A stretch of 64,000 bases of DNA, from assembly GCA_009377715.1 (NCBI GenBank), contig WHTN01000002.1:10554-74553 (forward strand), given 5' to 3'. The notes beneath the pieces are model-generated. The model was not told the origin of the DNA and searched no databases. It saw nothing but the letters and a program-made list of their open reading frames with translations. The position numbers and the translations under genes were made by a program. This DNA comes from Dehalococcoidia bacterium. Lineage in GTDB: Bacteria > Chloroflexota > Dehalococcoidia > SM23-28-2 > WHTN01. This document shows positions 26,793-36,334 of this stretch, one piece after another; the first letter of the stretch is position 1; each line of letters opens with the position of its first letter.

Positions 26793-28061
26793 ATGAGTAC
26801 GGCTAAGGCGTCGAGGCTTCTCACTTCCCTGCCCGGTTTAGTGAACGCTCACCTGCATAGCCCCAATCCGCCCTACAAAGGCGTGACCCGTTCTCGACCG
26901 TTCGAAATGTGGCTGGCAGACCGCGATGGCCGACACGGCGGCCCACTGACGCCGCAACAGCTAAAGTCTTGCGCTTTGATCACCGGACTGGAAAACCTAT
27001 CGTCTGGCAACACCGCGATCGTCGACCATGTGATAGGTTACCAGACCAAGGAACATATATATGCGGTTGCAGAAGCGTATGAGGCCCTTGGCCTGCGCGC
27101 CTGGGTATTCGTTGAGGCGTCTGACCTGCCCCGACTCTGTTATACCAAAGAAGCCTATCCGCGCTATCCTAAGGCTGTACCGGCCGGAGAATTACCCGAA
27201 GATATGCAGAAAGCCCTCCAACCGTCCCTCGGTTACGAAGAGCAGTTAAAGGCGGTAGAAGAGATCATCCGCGGCTGGCAGGGACAAAAAGTTAAGCTTG
27301 GCTTGGCCTTGAGCAACCCTGTGTGGTGTAGCGACGACCTCCTAAACGCAGCCGTCGACCTGGCCCGTGAGCTCGATGCGCCAATCGAGGTCCACGCCGA
27401 GGAATCTGCCATGCAACGTGAGGTCTCAATGTCGCAATGGGGGATGAGCGGCATCCAGCGCCTCGCCCACTTCGGCGCGTTGTCACCACGTACTATCGTC
27501 GCTCACGTCGTGCAGATCGACGACGCGGATATCGAATTGCTGGCGAAGCACGGAGCATCGGTATCGCACAACCCCATTAGCAACTTAAAGCTGCAAAACG
27601 GCGTTGCGCCGATTGGCAAGATGCTGTCCGCTGGCGTCAACGTTTGTCTGGGCACGGATGCTCAGGCCTGCGCCGATTCGCAGAGCCTGTTTCCGGTACT
27701 GAAGTTCGTCGCTGCCCTTGCTGGATTTAACGGCCTACGCGATCTGGGTGGCGTAGTGGAGGAGATAGTGCTAAGCCTTGCCGTAGATAACGGCCGCTTG
27801 TGGTTTGACGGCGACTTATCGCGCGATTATATGCAGTTCAAGCAGCCCCTAGGCCCGTACGCATACATCTGGGACAGCCCGGAGCCGTTTATCTCCGAAG
27901 TTTATGTAGACGGCGAGCCGCGTCTAAGCCATGCCCGCGAATTAGTCGACGAAAGCGGTGCAGCCGAAGTAGTGGCAGACCGAATGGCTCAAGCTCTCTC
28001 TGAAGAGCGTCTCGAACACGGCGAAAGGTGGTCGGCTGTGGCAGCCCGTTACGTTTCTTAG
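26793..28061 (+). CDS. Amidohydrolase superfamily protein (chlorohydrolase/cytosine-deaminase-like)
   Basis: N-terminal VNAHLHSP metal-binding HxH motif and a later His/Asp pattern. 422 aa. Confidence 0.8.
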   Translation: MSTAKASRLLTSLPGLVNAHLHSPNPPYKGVTRSRPFEMWLADRDGRHGGPLTPQQLKSCALITGLENLSSGNTAIVDHVIGYQTKEHIYAVAEAYEALGLRAWVFVEASDLPRLCYTKEAYPRYPKAVPAGELPEDMQKALQPSLGYEEQLKAVEEIIRGWQGQKVKLGLALSNPVWCSDDLLNAAVDLARELDAPIEVHAEESAMQREVSMSQWGMSGIQRLAHFGALSPRTIVAHVVQIDDADIELLAKHGASVSHNPISNLKLQNGVAPIGKMLSAGVNVCLGTDAQACADSQSLFPVLKFVAALAGFNGLRDLGGVVEEIVLSLAVDNGRLWFDGDLSRDYMQFKQPLGPYAYIWDSPEPFISEVYVDGEPRLSHARELVDESGAAEVVADRMAQALSEERLEHGERWSAVAARYVS

Positions 28062-28146
28062 CCGCAGGCAGTCACTTCATCGCTACAAGGCATAACAGTT
28101 CGTGCATTGTGCCTTGCCTAAGGTGCTCGAAGCCATCTTGCAAGTT

Positions 28147-28174
28147 CGCCCTCGACAAGCTTAGAGTGAGCGGG
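28147..28174. repeat. Repeat copy CGCCCTCGACAAGCTTAGAGTGAGCGGG
   Basis: One of three copies within the 490-bp intergenic region 28062-28553. Confidence 0.5.
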
Positions 28175-28291
28175 AGGTAACGTTACAGGAAGGGAGTCCA
28201 GAAAGGCAAAACCCTCTGGCGGGGGTCTCAGGGGGGTGTCCCCCTCATTAAAAAATATCCCGAAGGGCTACCTCGAACCCCTTGAGAGCCT

Positions 28292-28314
28292 GCCCTGAGC
28301 CTGTCGAAAGGGGG
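28292..28314. repeat. Repeat copy (reverse orientation) GCCCTGAGCCTGTCGAAAGGGGG
   Basis: Same family. Confidence 0.45.
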
Positions 28315-28377
28315 TTTGGGGTGAAAACGGATTCTCCGCCCGCAATGGCGAGCTAAGAATGACGCAAAGATGGCAAT

Positions 28378-28403
28378 GCCCTTCGACAAGCTCAGGTGAG
28401 CGG
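28378..28403. repeat. Repeat copy GCCCTTCGACAAGCTCAGGTGAGCGG
   Basis: Same family. Confidence 0.5.
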
Positions 28404-28553
28404 AAAAGGGACCCGTAGCCATCGTTTGACGACGTATAGACCTGATGCCATACTGGATTTCAGAGTTTACACTCTTTACGAAAGAAGTGTTGAGAGAAAG
28501 GACTTACGCATAATACTGCCTCTCATATTTCAACGAGCGTGTAAGGTGAGACG

Positions 28554-29675
28554 ATGACGAGCGAGTTTCGCTTGGGCCGGATCGTAGGCATCGATGTTGT
28601 CGCCCACTGGAGCTGGTTCCTAGTCTTCTTCTTGTTAAGCTGGTCGCTCGCCACAACGCTATTTGAGGATAACTTCCCGAGGTGGAACGGGACCCAGCGG
28701 TGGCTAGCGGGAGCACTCACTTCAACGCTATTTTTTCTATCCGTGCTCCTTCATGAGCTTTCGCATTCCATAGTCGCCCGCCGACTCGGCCTCCCGGTAA
28801 AAAGCATCACTCTGTTCATCTTCGGTGGCGTTTCGAATTTGGAAAGAGAGCCGGAGAGCCCCAAGGACGAGTTTCGCATCGCCATCGTCGGACCGGGCAT
28901 GAGCTTCGTCCTGGCAATACTCTTCGGCCTTATCTGGCTCGCTACCATGAACGCCAGCGAGCCGGTATCGCTCGTTTCTGGCTATCTCGCGATCATCAAC
29001 GCAGCCTTGGGCGGGTTCAACATGATACCCGGATTCCCCCTCGACGGCGGTCGCGTATTTCGTTCCATCGTTTGGTGGCGAAACCGCAACCTCTTGCGGG
29101 CCACGCGTATCGCCTCTACTACTGGCGTCATCGTGGCGTACGGTATGGTCGGCCTAGGGATCATCCTGACGGTCACTACGGCGCTTATCAGCGGCCTCTG
29201 GTTCGTTTTCATCGGCTGGTTTCTCAAGAACGCCTCAGAGACCAGTTACCAGCAGATGCTGCTCAACGATGCGCTGCGCGGCGCCTCCGTCAGTTACCTT
29301 CTGTCCGAATCGCCGGTGCCTGTGTCGCCTGAGACTACGCTTCGCCAGCTGGCGGATAGCTATATCCTGACGCACGGCCGCAGGTACTTTCCGGTGATGA
29401 CGGGAGGGGGCACGCTGCTTGGACTGGTTACCCTGTCGGACGTTCGTCATGTGAACCAGGACGCCTGGGACACAACTACGGTCTATCGCATAATGACGCC
29501 GACCAACCAGCTGTTCGCTCTTTCACCGAAGGATGACGCCCTACAGGCATTCCGGCTGATGACGGAGCACGATATCCACCAGCTTCCGGTTTTGGACAAC
29601 GACAACCTCGTCGGCTTCGTCACCCGCGCCGACGTCATGAGACTACTCCAAACGCGCTCCGAAATGCGCCGCTAA
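28554..29675 (+). CDS. Site-2 protease (peptidase M50) family zinc metalloprotease with C-terminal CBS domain pair
   Basis: HELSHS HExxH motif inside TM segments. The C-terminal region (RYFPVM...LPVLDNDNLVGFVTRADV) is CBS-like. Confidence 0.85.
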   Translation: MTSEFRLGRIVGIDVVAHWSWFLVFFLLSWSLATTLFEDNFPRWNGTQRWLAGALTSTLFFLSVLLHELSHSIVARRLGLPVKSITLFIFGGVSNLEREPESPKDEFRIAIVGPGMSFVLAILFGLIWLATMNASEPVSLVSGYLAIINAALGGFNMIPGFPLDGGRVFRSIVWWRNRNLLRATRIASTTGVIVAYGMVGLGIILTVTTALISGLWFVFIGWFLKNASETSYQQMLLNDALRGASVSYLLSESPVPVSPETTLRQLADSYILTHGRRYFPVMTGGGTLLGLVTLSDVRHVNQDAWDTTTVYRIMTPTNQLFALSPKDDALQAFRLMTEHDIHQLPVLDNDNLVGFVTRADVMRLLQTRSEMRR

Positions 29676-29680
29676 AGTCG

Positions 29681-30271
29681 CTAGTGGGTCTGCCCCGGAC
29701 CCTGATCGCTCGCCGGGACTTCGTTGGTGCGATTGCTAGCAACCGTTATTTCGCCGTTCGGAATGTAATGGACTACGCCCCTGTCATCGTGGATGACCGT
29801 TCTTCTTAGCGTAATATCGTCGACGATGCCCGACACGCCTGCAATAGTAATCAGGTCTCCCCGGCTGTACTGGTTCTCCAAGAGGATAAAGAACCCTTTT
29901 ATGACGTCGCGCACCAAGCTCTGCGCGCCGAAGCCTAGAGCCACGCCTATAATGCCAGCGCCGGTAAGGAGCGGCGTGATGTTTATCCCGACCTCCGCCA
30001 GGATCATGAATGCCGAGGTGACGAAAACGAACACTATTACCGTGTTGCGGAGGGCCGTAGAGATGGTTTCCGCCCTGCGTTTGACGTCTTCGGCAGGTTC
30101 CTGCAATAGCTGTCGGCTAACGGCCACACCCACTACGCGCGGCATTAAGTGCGTCATAAGCTGCGCGATGATAGCAGCGAGAAGGACGATAAACACGATT
30201 CGCAGGCCGTGCGTCGCCAGCCAATCGGTAGTCCTATCCCAGTCTAAATCGGATATGAGGAATGCGAACAC
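29681..30271 (-). CDS. Mechanosensitive ion channel (MscS family), short form
   Basis: TM helices followed by the MscS beta-domain region (GDLITIAGVSGIVDDITLRRTVIHDDRGVVHYIPNG). Confidence 0.8.
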   Translation of the reverse strand: MFAFLISDLDWDRTTDWLATHGLRIVFIVLLAAIIAQLMTHLMPRVVGVAVSRQLLQEPAEDVKRRAETISTALRNTVIVFVFVTSAFMILAEVGINITPLLTGAGIIGVALGFGAQSLVRDVIKGFFILLENQYSRGDLITIAGVSGIVDDITLRRTVIHDDRGVVHYIPNGEITVASNRTNEVPASDQGPGQTH

Positions 30272-32445
30272 TATCTGTTCACTAGCTCCAACGGTGCCAT
30301 CGAAAGCAGAAGCTTCTTCACCCCTGCATCGCCTTTAAAAGCCACCGTCACCATCTGATCGTGCACGTCGATCTGACAGCTCACGACGACGCCATTGCCG
30401 AAGCGTGGGTGTCGCACGCGATCGCCGGCGACGAAGGCTGGCGACGACGACCCGCCGTTCGTAACGGGCGCCGGCTGTATGGCAACCCTCTGCACCGGCC
30501 TGCTGGAGGTTAGCGGCCGTCCGCTGACCAGACCAACTGGGACGTCTTTCAGGAAGCGCGAGGCCACCGCCGGCATTCCGAAACCGCGCTTGAACGCCCG
30601 GACGAGGTAAAGCCGCTCCTTGGCCCGCGTCATGCCGACGTAGCACAGCCTGCGTTCCTCCTCCATTTGCGCCGGCTCGTCGAAGGAGCGGATGTGAGGC
30701 AGCACGCCCTCCTCCATGCCAACAATGAAGACGATCTGAAACTCCAAGCCCTTCGCGGCGTGCAAGGTGATCAGCGTAACGGCATCCGAGCGTTCGTCGT
30801 ATTCGTCGATGTCCGTGACCAACGCGACATCTTCGAGGAATCGCGCCAGCCCTTCGATGGGATCGAGTTCGTCGTACTGAGCAGCGACGGTGCAAATCTG
30901 CTCGATATTCTCCCAGCGCTCGATGCTATCGGCGAACCGCTCATCTTTGAGGATGTAATCGCGATAGCCGCTACTCTCTATAATCGAGATAACCAAGCGA
31001 GACAGCGGGAGCTGCCTCGAATCCCTGATAAGGCCGTTGAGCATCTCCAAGAAGCGCTGAAGGGCCGACACCACGCGCGCTTGAAAGAGACCCGTTAATT
31101 CTTCGTCGCCGTCGCCCAGGAGCTGGAGTGCCGCATACGGAGGGATGTCCCGGCGGCGCGCGAAGGCCGAAAGCTCCTCCAGCGACCGCTGGCCGATACC
31201 GCGCGGCGGCACGTTGATAATGCGCATCAGGGCAATGCTGTCGAACGGGTTCTGGGCGAGCCGCAAGAAAGCAAGCAGGTCCTTCACTTCTCGCCGTTCG
31301 TAGAAGCGCGTGCCACCCACCAGGCGGTACGGTAGGCTGTGGCGGACGAAAACATCCTCCAGCGGCCTTGATTGCGCGTTCGTACGATACATGACCGCGC
31401 AGGCGCTGAGCGGATAATGTTCCTGCCGGGCCAGCGCCTCGATCTCCTTAGCGACGAACTCGGCCTCGTCGTCCTCGCTCATGGACTCGTGGATGACCAG
31501 CGGTAAGCCCTCGCCTTTTTCGGTCCAGAGCTTCTTATCTTTGCGCTGGCGGTTGGCGCTTATGACGCTGTGCGCGCCGTCCAGGATGGTCTGGGTTGAG
31601 CGATAGTTTTGTTCCAGATAGACAACCGTCGCGTTAGGGAAGTCACGTTCGAAGTTAAGGATATTCCGGATGTCCGCCGACCGCCAACTGTAGATCGACT
31701 GGTCTGGATCGCCCACGACGCAGATGTTACCGTGGCCGCCCGCGAACTGCCGCGCGAGCACGTACTGGGCGATGTTCGTGTCCTGGAACTCGTCGACGTG
31801 GACGTAGTGATACCTCTGCTGGTACTTCTCCAGAATGTCCGATCGCTCGCGAAACAGTTCGACCACCTTCATAAGAAGATCGTCGAAATCGACGGCCGAG
31901 TTCACCTCGAGCAGCTCTTGATAACGGTTGTACACGCGCGCCACGATCTCCTCGAAGTAGCTGCCGATCTGATTGTTATAAGCCTCAGGCGTTATCAGTT
32001 CGGACTTCGCCCGTGAGATGGCCGAGAGCACAGCGCGCGGCGGGTTGCGCTTTAACTCCAGTCCCATCTCCACAAGCGCCTGCTTGATGACTACGATCTG
32101 ATCGTCGTCGTCGTAGATGGCGAAGGAGCGCGGAATACCGATGTGTTCGCCGTCGACGCGCAGTATCCGCGAGCATATCGCGTGGAACGTGCCTAACGTT
32201 ATGTCACGCGCAGGCTCACCCAGGAGGCTGTAGACGCGCTCCTGCATCTCCTTGGCAGCCTTATTTGTGAAGGTTACGGCCAGGATACGGTACGGCGGCA
32301 CACCGGCCTCCGTCACTAAATAGGCTATGCGATGGGCGATAACACGCGTCTTGCCACTGCCCGGCCCCGCCAGGATGAGCAACGGTCCGTTTGTCGTCTC
32401 TACGGCGCGGTGCTGAGCGTTGTTAAGTCCTTGCAGAATGTCCAT
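30271..32445 (-). CDS. pcrA: ATP-dependent DNA helicase PcrA/UvrD
   Basis: Walker A GPGSGKT, UvrD helicase motifs, 724 aa. Confidence 0.9.
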   Translation of the reverse strand: MDILQGLNNAQHRAVETTNGPLLILAGPGSGKTRVIAHRIAYLVTEAGVPPYRILAVTFTNKAAKEMQERVYSLLGEPARDITLGTFHAICSRILRVDGEHIGIPRSFAIYDDDDQIVVIKQALVEMGLELKRNPPRAVLSAISRAKSELITPEAYNNQIGSYFEEIVARVYNRYQELLEVNSAVDFDDLLMKVVELFRERSDILEKYQQRYHYVHVDEFQDTNIAQYVLARQFAGGHGNICVVGDPDQSIYSWRSADIRNILNFERDFPNATVVYLEQNYRSTQTILDGAHSVISANRQRKDKKLWTEKGEGLPLVIHESMSEDDEAEFVAKEIEALARQEHYPLSACAVMYRTNAQSRPLEDVFVRHSLPYRLVGGTRFYERREVKDLLAFLRLAQNPFDSIALMRIINVPPRGIGQRSLEELSAFARRRDIPPYAALQLLGDGDEELTGLFQARVVSALQRFLEMLNGLIRDSRQLPLSRLVISIIESSGYRDYILKDERFADSIERWENIEQICTVAAQYDELDPIEGLARFLEDVALVTDIDEYDERSDAVTLITLHAAKGLEFQIVFIVGMEEGVLPHIRSFDEPAQMEEERRLCYVGMTRAKERLYLVRAFKRGFGMPAVASRFLKDVPVGLVSGRPLTSSRPVQRVAIQPAPVTNGGSSSPAFVAGDRVRHPRFGNGVVVSCQIDVHDQMVTVAFKGDAGVKKLLLSMAPLELVNR

Positions 32446-32705
32446 ATCGCGATCTCTGTGGGCAAACTAATTCTATCATTGTCGCTATTATAGAACAGCT
32501 TGTAGACGGCATCGGCCAGTGAATGACGCAGGGCCAGGCCGATGATATCAAGGGAAGGCTAGATTCATCGGTGCCGCCGCGACTCTGACCGAGCCAGAAG
32601 CCAATAGGTTGCGATGGCGCCCTGGTGTATCTCTGTTATGCTCGCACCAAATGATTTTGCGGGATTAGGCGATCTGCCGGGACAAGCCTTTGAGCAACGC
32701 AGATG

Positions 32706-33617
32706 TCATCGATAGCCTGTGACGTCAGCAGGTTTGCCCGCGTCTTGAACCTCTGTGAGGTACCTCCAGGCGTCGGGTTGGCTGCCGTCCAGATCGGTGA
32801 AGCCGTAGATCTTCGCCAAGTGGCCGCTAGACAGCGACTGCCCGTTCCAGCGTGACACGTTGGGATCTTGAGCAAGCGCCGCCACGGCCCGACCGACGAA
32901 CGCCGGGCTCTCGGAAATAGCAAAGTGAGGTGAGCGCATTGTCGCGTCATACCAGTTCGATTCGGTGACGCCGTAATTGTCGAGCATCTGCTCTGATCGC
33001 AACCAGCCTGGAGTGAATGATACCGCCGTCGCACCGAAAGGCTGCAACTCATGCGCCAACGCGTAAGCCATCCGAATATTTGACGCCTTGGCCAGGTCGT
33101 AAAAGAAGGAAACTCGGTAGTTGGCCGCGTTGTACTCGGCTGTACCGTCGGTCACCTCAACCACCAGACCGCCCGGCTCCTCGATTAGTAGAGGTATTGC
33201 GAAGTGACTGGTGATAGCGTGGGTGTCCACGGCCAGCCGCAAAGTTTGGAGCCCATAATCCAAGTCTGATTCCCAGACTGATTTATTCCACTCCATTTTA
33301 GTGGCTCCCCAGATGTTGTTCACGAGAACATGCAGGCGGTCGTGTTCGCCTTTGATACGAGTCACCAGCGCGCGAACCTCATCGGGCACGAGATGATCCA
33401 CCTGGACAGCGATCCCGCGGCCACCAGCCTCATCCACGAGGGCTGCGGTCTCTTCGATAGTTTCCGGTCGGTTCATTTCCGATCGCTCGGATCGGGTCGT
33501 TCGTCCGGTGACATAGACGGTCGCTCCGGCCGCGCCTAACTGCACGGCTATTCCCCGTCCCGCTGCTCGGGTGGCGCCGGCAACCAATACCACCTTGTTC
33601 ACTAGCGGCTTCTGCAT
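32706..33617 (-). CDS. SDR family NAD(P)-dependent oxidoreductase
   Basis: VAGATRAAGRGIAVQLGAAG Rossmann motif. 303 aa. Immediately downstream of the ECF41 sigma gene on the same strand. Confidence 0.85.
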   Translation of the reverse strand: MQKPLVNKVVLVAGATRAAGRGIAVQLGAAGATVYVTGRTTRSERSEMNRPETIEETAALVDEAGGRGIAVQVDHLVPDEVRALVTRIKGEHDRLHVLVNNIWGATKMEWNKSVWESDLDYGLQTLRLAVDTHAITSHFAIPLLIEEPGGLVVEVTDGTAEYNAANYRVSFFYDLAKASNIRMAYALAHELQPFGATAVSFTPGWLRSEQMLDNYGVTESNWYDATMRSPHFAISESPAFVGRAVAALAQDPNVSRWNGQSLSSGHLAKIYGFTDLDGSQPDAWRYLTEVQDAGKPADVTGYR

Positions 33618-33778
33618 GCCATCCGATCTTAGCTACTGTGAGTGCGGAAGTGCAATTCGAAACCTGCCTCACCGACAAACTTCGAGCGCTCTAAAACGTA
33701 TCTGCGTCAATGAAGCTGCTGCGGTCATTGTACCCGATCGCCCATAACTGCCGCATCTGCCAGCACGTAGCTGACTCG

Positions 33779-34684
33779 TCAGCCATCCAGTACCGCCAGG
33801 TCGAGCTGGCGGAGGCTCGCGGGGTCGGCGAGTATATCGATCGCGACGATCTTCCCGCGCCTGACCATGAAGCCGAACACGACACGCGGGCGTCCGCCGG
33901 GAGCCCACACGGCTCCCGCGGCTCCGTTGACGAGTGCCGGTTGTGCGAACCGGGCGCGCCCCGAGAAGGTGTCGGCCACAGCCGCCGCGCCGTGGACCTC
34001 CGGCGCCAGCTTCGGTGCGCCCTTACTTTGCCTCGAGGCGCTCGCGTATAAGGCTGCGTGGTCGGTTCGCAGCACGACGTCTGGATCGAGCAACGCGAGA
34101 AGCGCGTCGAAATCACCTTCGCGTGAGGCAGCGAGGAAGGCGTCGACGATTTCTCGCTGGGGCGTGAGATCGGCGTCAGGCACCATGGCCGTCGCCTGTA
34201 CCCTGCGGCGTGCACGGCTGGCGAGCTGCCTGGCCGCCGTCGGGGAGCGTCCTACGATAGGAGCGATCTCGTCGAAGGGCACGGCGAACATATCGTGCAG
34301 CACGAACGCGAGCCGCTCGGCGGGAGCCAGCGTTTCGAGCACCACGAGCAGCGCTAGGCCGACCGAATCGGCCAGCAGCGCTTCGTGCTCTGGATCTGTC
34401 CCTCCCTCGCGGCTTACGACCGGCTCGGGTAGGTGCGCGCCCAGGGGCTCCTCACGCCGCGACTTGCGCGAGCGCAGCATGTCCAGACACACCCGCGCGA
34501 CGACCGTCGTCAGCCATCCGCTGAGGTTTTCGACGCCGCTGGTGTCGGAGCGGCTAAGTCGTAGCCATGTTTCCTGCACGGCGTCGTCCGCTTCGCTGAG
34601 CGAGCCGAGCACCCTGTAGGCCACCGCCCGCAAGTGAGTGCGGTTCTCCTCGAATCGCTCCGCCAACCAGTCGTGTTCATTCAT
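33779..34684 (-). CDS. RNA polymerase ECF sigma factor with C-terminal SnoaL-like extension (ECF41/SigJ-like)
   Basis: Sigma2 region (DAVQETWLRL) and sigma4 region, YVGPWLPEP-like segment GAHLPEP, then a ~100-aa C-terminal extension. 301 aa. Confidence 0.85.
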   Translation of the reverse strand: MNEHDWLAERFEENRTHLRAVAYRVLGSLSEADDAVQETWLRLSRSDTSGVENLSGWLTTVVARVCLDMLRSRKSRREEPLGAHLPEPVVSREGGTDPEHEALLADSVGLALLVVLETLAPAERLAFVLHDMFAVPFDEIAPIVGRSPTAARQLASRARRRVQATAMVPDADLTPQREIVDAFLAASREGDFDALLALLDPDVVLRTDHAALYASASRQSKGAPKLAPEVHGAAAVADTFSGRARFAQPALVNGAAGAVWAPGGRPRVVFGFMVRRGKIVAIDILADPASLRQLDLAVLDG

Positions 34685-34719
34685 CGGTCACATTCCTTCG
34701 TCACGATCCGTCATTATAG

Positions 34720-34746
34720 TGACGGACGAAATCCAGCCGATGTGAC
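34720..34746 (-). promoter_or_regulatory. TGTCACA-n16-CGTC element (ECF41-type target promoter signature as I recall it) upstream of the sigma gene
   Basis: The minus strand reads TGTCACAtcggctggatttcgtcCGTCactataatg, 36 nt upstream of the sigma ATG. Confidence 0.5.
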
Positions 34747-34758
34747 AAGGAGGCTTTC

Positions 34759-35103
34759 ATGAATCCAGGTATCAGAACGATCATCTATCCCGTCAAGGAC
34801 ATAGCTCAAGCAAAGACACTATACACCAAGCTTTTGGGCATAGAGCCTTATGTTGATGAGGCTTATTACGTTGGCTTTAAGGTTGGAGACCAGGAAATAG
34901 GCTTAGATCCCAACGGCCACAGCCACGGAATGACGGGGCCTGTCGGCTACTGGGAAGTTGATGACATCAAGGCCAGCCTCCAATTGCTCTTAGACGCTGG
35001 CGCACAAGCACAGCAAGAGGCGAAAGATGTCGGTGGGGGTAAACTGATCGCATCTGTAAAAGACGCAGACGGTAACGTCATCGGGCTTATTCAATCACCT
35101 TAA
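34759..35103 (+). CDS. VOC/glyoxalase-like family protein
   Basis: 114 aa with a betaalphabetabetabeta motif. RBS AAGGAGG. Divergent from the sigma gene. Confidence 0.7.
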   Translation: MNPGIRTIIYPVKDIAQAKTLYTKLLGIEPYVDEAYYVGFKVGDQEIGLDPNGHSHGMTGPVGYWEVDDIKASLQLLLDAGAQAQQEAKDVGGGKLIASVKDADGNVIGLIQSP

Positions 35104-35228
35104 GTGGATGAGAGACGAATCATTTTTTCATCGGGAGGATAGAGAACTGAGCGACGCACGGCGGGCTAACCGCACATCGTCCCGTCTGGGTTAGGTCAGC
35201 TTCCTGATTCCGATGACAGGAGCGAGGC

Positions 35229-35643
35229 GTGATCGATAACAGATTCGAGATATGGCCGATCGGTAGAGTGGAGTCTCCCCTTCGGGATACAAGGACAGCT
35301 CCACGCCAGGGCGATGAGGGCGCCCCATCTGCCGTCATCCGGCTGCGACCCGACATGCATGAGGCCGCGCGGGACATCAGGGCAGGAGACGATTTGCTTG
35401 TCTTGACTTGGCTTCACCTTGCCGACCGCGAGACTCTTACGGTCCACCCCAGGGGTGACCATAGCCTGCCAATGACAGGCGTATTCAGCATCGCTCGCCT
35501 GACCGTCCGAATCCGATCGGTTTACATCGCGTAAGGGTACTAGCGGTAACCGCAGGATTTATCGAGGTCGATGGACTAGAAGCGGTCGACGGCACGCCTG
35601 TGCTCGACCTGAAGCCGGTAATCGGCGGCCCGTCGGAGCGATG
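35229..35643 (+). pseudogene. tRNA (adenine37-N6)-methyltransferase TrmO/TsaA-like gene with a frameshift near 35485-35492
   Basis: The N-terminal frame gives IWPIGRVESP...GVFS. A different frame gives HRSPDRPNPIG...VDGTPVLDLKPV. Both are conserved TrmO motifs, the latter aligning with E. coli YaeB DGTPVVDIKPY. Confidence 0.6.
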
Positions 35644-35713
35644 ACTTGTAAGCGATACAAAACGCCTACAATGGCTTTCATTAGCACTATAACGCAAAGC
35701 GAACGGACATTGC

Positions 35714-36334
35714 CTACACACGTCCGTCAGCTGCTTTAACGTCAGCGCTACGGACAGCCCTGCCTGTCTCAGCAACGTTGCCGTCGTCCACAATGGCAAA
35801 CCCATAACGTTGCCAATAGCAACCGTCGTATTCGGCTACCGGATGAAAGTCTTCGTCCTGGATGCCGTAAGCGCCGGCTTTGTCCAACGGCTTGCCACTG
35901 GCAACGTAAGCTTCGATTTCGGCTTCGCTGTAGTCGCGCATGTGCACACGCGTCAGGACGTGCTCGACGTTCGCCTGAGCCAGAGGCTGCACCACGGCGA
36001 CGGCAGTTATCACCTCATGCCAGCGGTCTCTCAGCGTGGTGAGCACCGTTACCGCATCCTCGGCACCAGCCGGCTTCCCCAGGATGCGGACTTCGAACAC
36101 GACGACGGTATCTGCGCCAATAACCAGTGACTCCGGGTAGCGCAGGCCAACTTCCACGGCCTTGGCAAGCGCTAAATGCTTCGCCGCCGTGACGCCGTCC
36201 GTCTCAATGGGAAGCTCTTCAACGATGGAACTCGGCTCGACGCGGAACGGTACGTCTAAGTGGGCCAGCAACTGCTGTCGCCGCGGCGATGCAGACGCAA
36301 GGATAAGATCGGTTGAAGTCGCGTTCTCACTCAA
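35714..36334 (-). CDS. maf: Maf-like nucleoside triphosphate pyrophosphatase
   Basis: LILASASPRRQQLL N-terminal motif. 206 aa. Confidence 0.85.
   Translation of the reverse strand: MSENATSTDLILASASPRRQQLLAHLDVPFRVEPSSIVEELPIETDGVTAAKHLALAKAVEVGLRYPESLVIGADTVVVFEVRILGKPAGAEDAVTVLTTLRDRWHEVITAVAVVQPLAQANVEHVLTRVHMRDYSEAEIEAYVASGKPLDKAGAYGIQDEDFHPVAEYDGCYWQRYGFAIVDDGNVAETGRAVRSADVKAADGRV

Noticed and set aside
28062-28553. RNase P, SRP, tmRNA or 6S RNA gene in the long structured intergenic region
   Set aside because: I found no match to the conserved cores I can recall (GGAAAGUCCGG for RNase P, the GGAAGCAGCCAAGGCAG-type SRP helix, the tmRNA tag reading frame). It is left as unexplained structured DNA.
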